Source: Sedimentisphaerales bacterium
GTDB lineage: Bacteria > Planctomycetota > Phycisphaerae > Sedimentisphaerales > Anaerobacaceae
Reading direction: 5' to 3'
Length of the DNA stretch: 64,000 bases
Assembly: GCA_035342095.1 (NCBI GenBank)
Contig: DAOQWL010000007.1
Location: 25,015-89,014, forward strand
This document shows, in pieces, positions 8,426-16,285 of the stretch. The notes below the pieces were generated by a model that was not told where the DNA came from, ran no database searches, and saw only the letters and a program-made list of their open reading frames with translations. Positions within the stretch are counted from its first letter, which is position 1; each line of letters starts with the position of its first letter. Made by a program: the position numbers and the translations under genes.

Positions 8426-9913
8426 TCATTCCGCAATCACACACCGTCCTTTGGCCCACAGACGCAGCGCCGCCACCTTTTCCGCCATCGTCGCCGACAG
8501 GGGGGGTGAGCTCTTCAACGCCGCGACGATCCTGTCTGTGTCGAGGTCGGCCTTGGCCGCGTAGGCGTCGTGCAGGGCCGCGATCACCGCCTGTTCAATC
8601 TCCGAGCCGCTGTGGTCCTGCGACGCCTCCGCGAGCACATCCAGGTCGAAGCGGGCCGGGTCGCGCCCGCGCTTGCGGAGGTGGATCGCGAAGATCTCCT
8701 TGCGGACCTCGCGCGTGGGGAGGTCCACAAAAAAGATCTCGTCGAAGCGTCCCTTTCGCAGCAGTTCCGGCGGGAGGGCTTCGATATCGTTGGCGGTCGC
8801 GACCACGAACACCGGCATCTGGTGCTCCTGCATCCAGGTGAGCAGGGTGCCGAACATTCGCTGGGAGAGCCCGCCGTCGGCGCTGCGGCTGGCTGCGGAC
8901 GCGAACGCCTTCTCAATCTCGTCGATCCACAGGATCACCGGCGCCATCATCTCCGTCTGGCGCAACGCCTCGCGGAGGTTCTTCTCCGACTCCCCGATGT
9001 AGCTGGCGTACAGCGTGCTCGGGTCCAGTCTCAGCAGGGGTTGCTGCCAGGCGGTGGCGATCGCCTTGGCGCACAGGCTCTTGCCCGCGCCCTGGACGCC
9101 CAGCATGAGCACGCCCTTGGGCGGGACGATCCCGAAGGCCTTGGCCTCGGGACTGAACACGTCCTTGCGGTGGTTGAGCCATCTCTTGAGGTTGGCCATG
9201 CCGCCGATCTCGTCGAGGTCCAGCGGGGTCTGGATGTACTCGAGCAGGCCGCCTTGCTGGATCATGCGCCGCTTGTTGGCGATGATGACGTTGATGTCGT
9301 CGTCGCTGAACCGCCGGTCGACCGCGACCGCGTCGCTGATGACCCGCACCGCCTGGCGGCGGGTGAGCCCTCGCAGGTTCCGCACGATGGTGTCGAGGCC
9401 CTTCTGGGAGATGCCGATCTCGATCGGCTTCTTCCGGCGGAGTCGGCTCAGCGTGGCGCGGATGATCTCCTGAAGCTCCTGCTCGTCCGGATAGGAGATC
9501 TCGAACGGGCGGGCGTACGTCTTGATGACCTCGGGCAGATTCCCGCTGCTGTCGATCATCACGATGGTGATGCCGGTCTTGTGGAAGTTGTCGACGAGGT
9601 CCCGCAGGATGCGGAGGGCCTTGCCGCTCTTGAGGTGGTCGGCGAGGTCGAGCGTGACGCAGATCGATCCGGGCTTGGCTTGCGCCATATTCAACAGTCC
9701 CGCCGCGGGCACGTCCGTATCGGAAATGCACGGGCCGCCGTCGATGGCGCCGTCGCGGACGCCGTCTGCGACAGACCAGACCCACAGGTCGCGTTTGAGC
9801 TTGGCTGCGGTCTTGCGCACGATCTCCAGAGCGTACCGCTCCTCGTGCGTCACGACGGAGATGCAGTAGCTGCCTCCCTCAATCAGTTGCTCGAATCGTT
9901 CGAAATCATTCAT
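8426..9913 (-). CDS. Ycf46-like AAA+ ATPase
   Basis: Walker A GVQGAGKSL, Walker B ILWIDEIEKAF, and VVATANDIEALPPELLRKGRFDEIFFVDLP. ATG at 9913 is preceded by AGGTAAAGGA. The ORF-track N-terminal extension was rejected. Confidence 0.85.
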   Translation of the reverse strand: MNDFERFEQLIEGGSYCISVVTHEERYALEIVRKTAAKLKRDLWVWSVADGVRDGAIDGGPCISDTDVPAAGLLNMAQAKPGSICVTLDLADHLKSGKALRILRDLVDNFHKTGITIVMIDSSGNLPEVIKTYARPFEISYPDEQELQEIIRATLSRLRRKKPIEIGISQKGLDTIVRNLRGLTRRQAVRVISDAVAVDRRFSDDDINVIIANKRRMIQQGGLLEYIQTPLDLDEIGGMANLKRWLNHRKDVFSPEAKAFGIVPPKGVLMLGVQGAGKSLCAKAIATAWQQPLLRLDPSTLYASYIGESEKNLREALRQTEMMAPVILWIDEIEKAFASAASRSADGGLSQRMFGTLLTWMQEHQMPVFVVATANDIEALPPELLRKGRFDEIFFVDLPTREVRKEIFAIHLRKRGRDPARFDLDVLAEASQDHSGSEIEQAVIAALHDAYAAKADLDTDRIVAALKSSPPLSATMAEKVAALRLWAKGRCVIAE

Positions 9914-10067
9914 TCCTTTACCTCGGCCCGGTCCTGCACTCTTCGCGGGTGTTCCCGACGTGCCGTCAGGATACCGCAAAGGTCCGCCGTCGGCAAGCTC
10001 GCGCGTGCGGGCGGGTACATGACCATATTTGCACGCGTGCCATGGGGGTTCATAGAAACCCTGGATT

Positions 10068-10148
10068 GTCATTCCCGCGAAGGGAATCCACTTCCTGGGA
10101 CATGTCGTATCCCACGGCTTGTGGATTCCTGCTTGACGCAGGAATGAC
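10068..10148. repeat. REP-like nested-hairpin element
   Basis: GTCATTCC-CGCGAAG-GGAATCCAC ... GTGGATTCC-TGCTTGACGCA-GGAATGAC. The termini and the inner arms are mutually complementary. Confidence 0.6.
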
Positions 10149-10293
10149 AGCGTCTGGCCCATGCCTGGTCGCACCACGGGAGGCCGTAACAGCGGTGGTG
10201 CACCCGACGCGAGTGCTGAGACGCGCTGTTGACAGGCAGGCTGATTGAGGGTAATCTACTGGGTTTCTACCGCTTTCTGTAAGGGTGTGCGAC

Positions 10294-12306
10294 ATGAAAG
10301 TATCCGTCAACTGGCTTCGCGACTACGTGGAGATCGACCTCTCGGCCGAGCGGATCGCCGAGATCCTGATGAACCTGGGCCTGCCCTGCGAAGGGATCGA
10401 GCAGACGGCCGACGACGCGGTGATCGACGTGGAGGTGACGAGCAACCGCGGCGACTGCCTGAGCCACATCGGGATCGCCCGGGAACTGGCTGCGGCGACC
10501 GGCAAGACGCTCCGGCTGCCCGACGTGCATCTGGAGGAGATGGATCGTCCCGCGTCGGATTTCGTCTCGGTGGAGATCCGCGAGCCGGCCGCCTGCGCCC
10601 GGTACACCGCCCGGGTCATCGAAGGCGTCAAGATCGGGCCTTCGCCCGACTGGGTCGTCAAGCGCCTGGAAGCGGTCGGCATGCGGAGCGTCAACAACGT
10701 CGTCGACGCGACGAACTACGCGATGATGGAGACGGGCCAGCCGCCTCATGCGTTCGACTGCGCGACCATCGAGGGCGCCAGGATCATCGTGCGAAAGGCA
10801 ACGCCGGGCGAGCAGCTCGTCAGCATCGACGGGACGAAGTGCGAGCTGACGCCGGAGATGCTCGTGATCGCCGACGCCAATCGCCCTGTGGCGCTGGCAG
10901 GTGTCATGGGCGGATTACAGACGGAAGTGAAAGACGGAACCACGACGATCCTCCTGGAGGACGCCTGGTTCGACCCGGTTACGATCCGTACGACCTCGCG
11001 CCGGCTCTCGCTGCCGTCGGAGGCGTCGTTCCGGTTCGAGCGGATCGTGGACGTCGAGCGGATCGACTGGGCCTCCCGCCGGACCGCGCAGCTCATCGTG
11101 CAGTGGGCGGGCGGCAGGGTGGCCAAGGGCGTCGTGGACGCCTATCCTCGTCAGCCCAAGCCCAGGCAGGTCCGCATGAGATTGTCCCGGCTCAGCAAGC
11201 TGCTCGGCATCGAGGTGCCCCAGGAGGCCGCGATGAAGATCCTCGCGGCGCTGCAGTTCGAGCCGCGATGGGAGGATGGGTCGATCCTCTGCACCTCGCC
11301 CACCTGGCGGAGCGACATTTCTCGGGAGGTGGACCTGATCGAGGAGGTCGCCCGGGTGTACGGCTACGACAAGGTCGGCACGCGGACGCGGATTCAGATC
11401 GAGGCCCGGCCCGCCGATGCCCGACAGAAGCTCTCCGAGGCGATCGGGACCTTCCTGAACGGGTGCGGCTACTACGAGACGGTCAACGTGACGTTCGTCG
11501 ACCGGGGCGTCGCGGACCTGTTCGTCGCGCCCGGCGCGGGACACCTGGCTGTCCGCGATGTCACTCGCAAGACGGGCAACCTGCTGCGCCAGACCCTCCT
11601 GACCTCGCTGCTGGAGGTGCTCAAGACGAACGTGAACGCGAGGAACCTGCCGTGCTGCATCTACGAGATGGCGGACACGTTCGTGCCGTCGGGGGCCTTG
11701 GGCTCGCTGCCGACGGAGCGGACGAAGGTTGCGCTGGTGACCGACGGTTCCTTGCGGCAGCTTCGCGGGGCGGTCGAGGGGCTGGTCGGGAGCATCAACC
11801 GCACGGCGGACGTCCGATTCGAGCCGATGGAGCTGGTCTGGGCCGAGGTGGGGGCCCGGATCATGGTGAACGGGCGCGAGATCGGCCAAGCCGGCGTATT
11901 TGCGGATGCCATTCGTCAGAAATTCGACCTCAAGGACCTCGCCCCCTGCGGGGCCGAGCTGGACTTCGAAGAGCTGGCGGCCCTCAAGAGCGGGCCGATC
12001 AAGATCCGGCCCATCCCTCGCTTCCCGGCCATCGATCGCGACTTGTCCATCCTCGTTCCGGAACAGACCGCCTGGGTGCAGATCGCGCAGGCGGTCGAGA
12101 GCGTCGCGCCGGCCGAGCTGGAGGAGACCCGCTTCGTGGACATCTACCGCGGCAAGGGGATCGCCCCCGGCGTCAAGAGCGTCACGCTCTCGCTTCGGTT
12201 CCGCGACGACGACGGCACGCTCACGCACGACGCGGTGGACCGCCACCAGGCGGCCATCCTGGAGAGCCTGGCCAAGGCGGTCGGCGCCGAGCTGCGGACC
12301 GTGTAG
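10294..12306 (+). CDS. pheT: Phenylalanine--tRNA ligase beta subunit (short form)
   Basis: N-terminus MKVSVNWLRDYVEIDLSAERIAEILMNLGLPCEGIE and DVEVTSNRGDCLSHIGIAREL, with the B3/4, B5 and C-terminal anticodon-binding-like domain order. Confidence 0.9.
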   Translation: MKVSVNWLRDYVEIDLSAERIAEILMNLGLPCEGIEQTADDAVIDVEVTSNRGDCLSHIGIARELAAATGKTLRLPDVHLEEMDRPASDFVSVEIREPAACARYTARVIEGVKIGPSPDWVVKRLEAVGMRSVNNVVDATNYAMMETGQPPHAFDCATIEGARIIVRKATPGEQLVSIDGTKCELTPEMLVIADANRPVALAGVMGGLQTEVKDGTTTILLEDAWFDPVTIRTTSRRLSLPSEASFRFERIVDVERIDWASRRTAQLIVQWAGGRVAKGVVDAYPRQPKPRQVRMRLSRLSKLLGIEVPQEAAMKILAALQFEPRWEDGSILCTSPTWRSDISREVDLIEEVARVYGYDKVGTRTRIQIEARPADARQKLSEAIGTFLNGCGYYETVNVTFVDRGVADLFVAPGAGHLAVRDVTRKTGNLLRQTLLTSLLEVLKTNVNARNLPCCIYEMADTFVPSGALGSLPTERTKVALVTDGSLRQLRGAVEGLVGSINRTADVRFEPMELVWAEVGARIMVNGREIGQAGVFADAIRQKFDLKDLAPCGAELDFEELAALKSGPIKIRPIPRFPAIDRDLSILVPEQTAWVQIAQAVESVAPAELEETRFVDIYRGKGIAPGVKSVTLSLRFRDDDGTLTHDAVDRHQAAILESLAKAVGAELRTV

Positions 12307-12378
12307 GCAAGGCGGCGTATGGGACGCTTCGCGTTTGTCGTGTGCCCGTGAGGGCATCTCTTCGAGACCGAGGAAGAG

Positions 12379-12474
12379 AACGCCTGACGGCGTCACTACG
12401 AACGGAAGATGCGTACCGACTTCGGACGCCACGTCTCCTCTGGGGCCCGGATGCTTCACTTCGTTCAGCACGAC
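12379..12474 (+). repeat. MITE/REP-like element, copy A (degenerate left arm)
   Basis: 12404-12474 matches 27390-27460 at 61 of 71 positions (hand alignment). 12379-12404 (AACGCC-TGAC-GGCGTCACTACGAACG) recurs inverted at 22273-22298. Confidence 0.7.
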
Positions 12475-12630
12475 AATCCTGCGTGGGTGCGGGAGAATCC
12501 GGTCTCACCTGCTTTCCAATGCCTCGCGATTTCCTGAAGAGAAGACGCGCGAGGAGCCGATAACACAGTGGACGAGCGCCGCGACGGCGGGGCTCGTGTG
12601 TGGGGTACGCCGCAGGTCGCCCAGATTTCC

Positions 12631-12659
12631 TTGACCGAGCGGCGCGGATTTGTTATATG
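12631..12659 (+). promoter_or_regulatory. Putative extended -10 sigma70-like promoter
   Basis: TTGACC (12631-12636), 17-nt spacer ending in TGT, then TATATG (12654-12659). Confidence 0.4.
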
Positions 12660-12665
12660 TAGATT

Positions 12666-12874
12666 GCGGGCTGACCCCTGCAGTGTTCGTATTCAGGGCG
12701 TGTATTTGAAGGAACCGATACCCGTACTGAGGGAGGATCAGGCCTTGACGGGCCGAACATGCCTGCCAGCAGGAAGTTTGGACGCAAGCAACGATCTGCC
12801 CACTTGAAGTAATGGGTTCCCTTCAATCGCCCCTTTTACGGCACAGGTGGAGGTGAGCTGGCATATAAGAAAAG
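12666..12874 (+). ncRNA. Candidate structured sRNA, 6S (SsrS)-like long irregular hairpin; alternatively a glgP leader
   Basis: Nested long-range pairings: 12666-12675/12853-12862, 12696-12700/12827-12831 and 12706-12716/12814-12825. Bounded by a promoter and an intrinsic terminator. No convincing CDS. Confidence 0.4.
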
Positions 12875-12901
12875 GGCCTGTGTTTGCGCAGGCCTTTTTT
12901 T
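12875..12901 (+). terminator. Rho-independent terminator
   Basis: 8-bp stem GGCCTGTG/CGCAGGCC with loop TTTG, followed by T7 and preceded by A4. Confidence 0.8.
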
Positions 12902-13082
12902 CGTTTCCTCGTGACATCGTCCTCGTCTGCTTTATCGGGCACAGGGACATTCGACGCCCGCAAATCCTGGACCCTTTTGAGGTTAAGCAATCCCCTTATC
13001 CTGCCGATGACAACGCAGGGCTTGCCCGCGTCGGTTGAGGGGGGCCTGTTTCGTACGGACGATTGGATAGTGAGGAGATGAA

Positions 13083-15683
13083 ATGCCGAGTGTTCGAAGT
13101 TTCACGGTCCTGCCGGCGCTGCCCGAATCCCTGATGGAACTGGATGTTCTCGCGAGGAACGTGGTCTGGTCCTGGAATCCGCAATTCGTGGAGTTGTTCA
13201 AGAGGATCGATCCGGCCCTCTGGGCCTCGTGCGGTCACAATCCCGTGAAGCTCCTCGGCACCGTCTCGCAATCCCGATTGGAGGCGCTGTCGCAGAGCGA
13301 GAGCTTCCTCAACGAGCTGCGCCGCGCGTCGGAGACGCTGGCGGAGTACATGCAGGCGTCGACCTGGTACCAGAAGGTCTGCAGCGACAACCCCGACGCG
13401 GTGATCGCCTACTTCAGCGCGGAGTTCGGACTGCACGAATGCCTGCCGATCTACGCAGGCGGCCTGGGCATCCTGGCGGGCGACCATCTCAAGAGCGCAT
13501 CGGACCTGGGCATCCCGCTCGTGGGCATCGGCCTGATGTACCAGACGGGCTACTTCCGCCAGTATCTGAACCTCGACGGCTGGCAGCAGGAAGCGTACCA
13601 CGAGAACGACCTGTTCAACATGCCGGCCTCGCTCGTGCGCGACTCGGGCGGCCGGCCCATAACGATCTGGGTGGAGTATCCGGGACGCTCGGTCGAGGCG
13701 CAGATCTGGTGCATCGACGTCGGCCGGCTCAAACTGTATCTGCTCGATACGAACATCCCGTCGAATTCTCCCGCGGATCGCATGGTGACCAGCAGCCTCT
13801 ATGGCGGCGACCGCGAGCTGCGGATTCGCCAGGAGATCCTGCTGGGCATCGGGGGCTTGAGGGCGCTGGCGGCGATGGGCATCGCGCCGTCGGTCTGTCA
13901 TATGAACGAGGGACATGCGGCGTTCATGGCCCTCGAACGCATTCGCCAGACTCGAGGCGCCACGAACATGACGTTCGAGGAGGCCGTCGAGGCCACGAAA
14001 GCGGGCAACGTCTTCACCACGCACACGATCGTCAAAGCGGGGCTCGATGAGTTCGAAGTGGACCTGATGGACAAGTACTTCGGCGGCTACTACCCCCAGC
14101 TCGGCGTGGACCGCCGGCAGTTCCTGGCCCTGGGCAGGATTCTGCCCGACGACGAGAACGAGCCGTTCAAGATGCCCGTGCTCGCGATCAAGCTCAGCAG
14201 CTACCTCAACGGCGTCAGCAAGCTGCACGGCCAGATCTCCCGCGAGGTCTGGGGCTCCTTGTGGCCCGGACTGCCGTCCCGAGAGGTACCGATCGTTTCG
14301 ATCACCAACGGGATTCATCTCAAGAGCTGGCTGTCGGACGAGGTCGCTTCTCTCTACGAGCGGTACATCGGACCGACGTGGTCGTCCACGGTCTTCGACA
14401 AGTCGAGCTGGGAACAGGTGGACCACATCCCGGACGAGGAACTCTGGAGCGGGCACCAGCGGTGCAAGGACCAGTTGATCGTTTTCGCCCGCAAGAGGCT
14501 CATGGCCCAGATGCAGCGCCGGGGCACCTGCCAGGGCGAACTGCGGCAGGCGGAGGAAGTGCTCGATCCCGAAGCGCTGACCATCGGTTTCGCCCGACGG
14601 TTCGTCGCCTACAAGCGAGGCGACCTGCTCCTGCGCGACGCGGAGCGTCTCATCCGGATGGTCAACGACACAGATCGGCCTGTGCAGTTCATCTTCGCCG
14701 GCAAGGCGCATCCGAAGGACAATGCGGGCAAGGAGATCATCCGCAATATCGCCCATTTCACCTCCCAGGACGCGGTCCGGCGGAGGATCGTCTTCCTCGA
14801 GGACTACGACATCGACGTCGCCCGATTCCTCGTGCGAGGCGTCGACGTCTGGCTGAACAATCCGAGACGACCCATGGAGGCCAGCGGCACCAGCGGCATG
14901 AAGGCGGCCGCCAACGGCGTCTTGAACCTCAGCACCCTGGACGGCTGGTGGTGCGAAGGCTATATCCCCGACGGCGGCTGGGTGATCGGGGCCGGCGAGA
15001 ACTACGAGAACCTCGAGTACCAGGACAGCGTCGAATCGCAGGCCCTGTACAACGTGCTGGAGAACGAGATCGTGCCGCTGTTCTATGCCCGATCCGCGGA
15101 CAACCTGCCTCGCGGGTGGATCGCCAGGATGAAGGCCTGCGTCAAGTGGGTGGCGCCGCGGTTCAACACGCACCGCATGTTGGCGGAGTACACCCGGCGG
15201 TTCTACTGTCCGGCGGCGACCCGATATCACCATCTGACCTCCGGGGCAATGAGCAAGGCGAAGGCCTTCGCGCGATGGAAGTCCGAGATGCGACAGGCCT
15301 GGTCGCAGTTCGCGGTCCGCGAGGTGATCCTGAACGCCGCCAACGGCAACGGGGGCGAGCAGTTGAATCCGCGCCAGCCGCAGTTGAAGGTGGGGACGGA
15401 ACTGGCGGTGCGAGCGCTGGTCAACCTCGGGCGGGCCCAGCCGCGAGATGTCAGCGTCGAGCTCTATCACGGCCCGACCGATTCCTGGGGCAACATCCGC
15501 GACGGAATGGCGATTGCCATGACCCACGAGCAGAAGGCCGGCGACAACGGCGACCACTGGTTCACCGGACGCATGGAATGCCGTGCGACGGGCCAGCATG
15601 GGGTGGCCGTGCGGATTCTCCCCAACCATCCGGACCAGAGCAGCCCGTTCGAGATGGGCCTGATCCTGTGGGAGAGGAACTGA
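13083..15683 (+). CDS. glgP: Alpha-glucan phosphorylase (GT35, GlgP family with DUF3417-type N-terminus)
   Basis: FTVLPALPESL...WSWN N-terminus, YAGGLGILAGDHLKSASDLG and EASGTSGMKAAANG (PLP lysine region). GAGGAG lies 5 nt upstream of the ATG. Confidence 0.9.
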   Translation: MPSVRSFTVLPALPESLMELDVLARNVVWSWNPQFVELFKRIDPALWASCGHNPVKLLGTVSQSRLEALSQSESFLNELRRASETLAEYMQASTWYQKVCSDNPDAVIAYFSAEFGLHECLPIYAGGLGILAGDHLKSASDLGIPLVGIGLMYQTGYFRQYLNLDGWQQEAYHENDLFNMPASLVRDSGGRPITIWVEYPGRSVEAQIWCIDVGRLKLYLLDTNIPSNSPADRMVTSSLYGGDRELRIRQEILLGIGGLRALAAMGIAPSVCHMNEGHAAFMALERIRQTRGATNMTFEEAVEATKAGNVFTTHTIVKAGLDEFEVDLMDKYFGGYYPQLGVDRRQFLALGRILPDDENEPFKMPVLAIKLSSYLNGVSKLHGQISREVWGSLWPGLPSREVPIVSITNGIHLKSWLSDEVASLYERYIGPTWSSTVFDKSSWEQVDHIPDEELWSGHQRCKDQLIVFARKRLMAQMQRRGTCQGELRQAEEVLDPEALTIGFARRFVAYKRGDLLLRDAERLIRMVNDTDRPVQFIFAGKAHPKDNAGKEIIRNIAHFTSQDAVRRRIVFLEDYDIDVARFLVRGVDVWLNNPRRPMEASGTSGMKAAANGVLNLSTLDGWWCEGYIPDGGWVIGAGENYENLEYQDSVESQALYNVLENEIVPLFYARSADNLPRGWIARMKACVKWVAPRFNTHRMLAEYTRRFYCPAATRYHHLTSGAMSKAKAFARWKSEMRQAWSQFAVREVILNAANGNGGEQLNPRQPQLKVGTELAVRALVNLGRAQPRDVSVELYHGPTDSWGNIRDGMAIAMTHEQKAGDNGDHWFTGRMECRATGQHGVAVRILPNHPDQSSPFEMGLILWERN

Positions 15684-15695
15684 GCGTGCCGCGAG

Positions 15696-16154
15696 TTACT
15701 TGGTCTCTCGTTCGCTCAGGAGCTCGTAGGCGGCCTCGGCGGAAGTCGCTCTCTCCAGGGCGGCCTTGAAATCGACGTCGAGCATGAGCCGGCTGATCCT
15801 CGCCAGCGCCTGGATGTGAGGACCCGTCTGATCCTGCGGAGACACCAGCAGGATCACGATAGACACCGGTTTGCCGTCGACGCTCTCGAAATCGATCGGG
15901 GACGCGGCCACCCCCAGGGCCATCACCAGCTCTTTGACCGCCGTACACTTGCCGTGCGGAATCGCGATGCCCGAGCCGATGCCGGTGCTCCGGGTCCGCT
16001 CGCGCGTGAAGACCGCGTCGATGACCGTCTGTCGGTTCTGGATCTGCTTGTTCCGGTCAAGAACGTCGATCAGCTCCGTGATGACGGCGTCCTTGTCCTT
16101 GCCCTCCAACGGGATCTTGACACACGTTGGCTGTAGTATCTGCGTCAGAATCAT
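15696..16154 (-). CDS. ptsN: PTS EIIA-Ntr type nitrogen regulatory protein
   Basis: 152 aa. GIGSGIAIPHGK phospho-His motif. ATG at 16154. Confidence 0.85.
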   Translation of the reverse strand: MILTQILQPTCVKIPLEGKDKDAVITELIDVLDRNKQIQNRQTVIDAVFTRERTRSTGIGSGIAIPHGKCTAVKELVMALGVAASPIDFESVDGKPVSIVILLVSPQDQTGPHIQALARISRLMLDVDFKAALERATSAEAAYELLSERETK

Positions 16155-16285
16155 CTCACGAACGACCAAAGAAACCCACACTCATTGTTTCGGAACGAGT
16201 CAGGGAGTATATCTGGGGGCCATCGCGCTGCCAAGTATTTTATTTTACGAAATGAACCGCGCGGATTCCTGTCGATATCATAGGC

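Noticed and set aside
10245-12563. 772-aa plus-strand ORF overlapping pheT in another frame
   Set aside because: It is an out-of-frame Arg/Gly/Pro-rich translation. The pheT frame carries the conserved motifs.
12758-12811. 17-codon basic mini-ORF (MPASRKFGRKQRSAHLK) inside the candidate sRNA
   Set aside because: It has no Shine-Dalgarno sequence, lies inside predicted helices, and has no resemblance I can vouch for to a known small protein. It is kept only as an alternative in the sRNA finding.
12996-15629. 877-aa minus-strand ORF opposite the glucan phosphorylase gene
   Set aside because: It is an antisense shadow ORF typical of high-G+C DNA. The translation is Arg/Gly/Pro/Val-rich with no recognisable motif, while the plus-strand frame has clear GT35 phosphorylase motifs.
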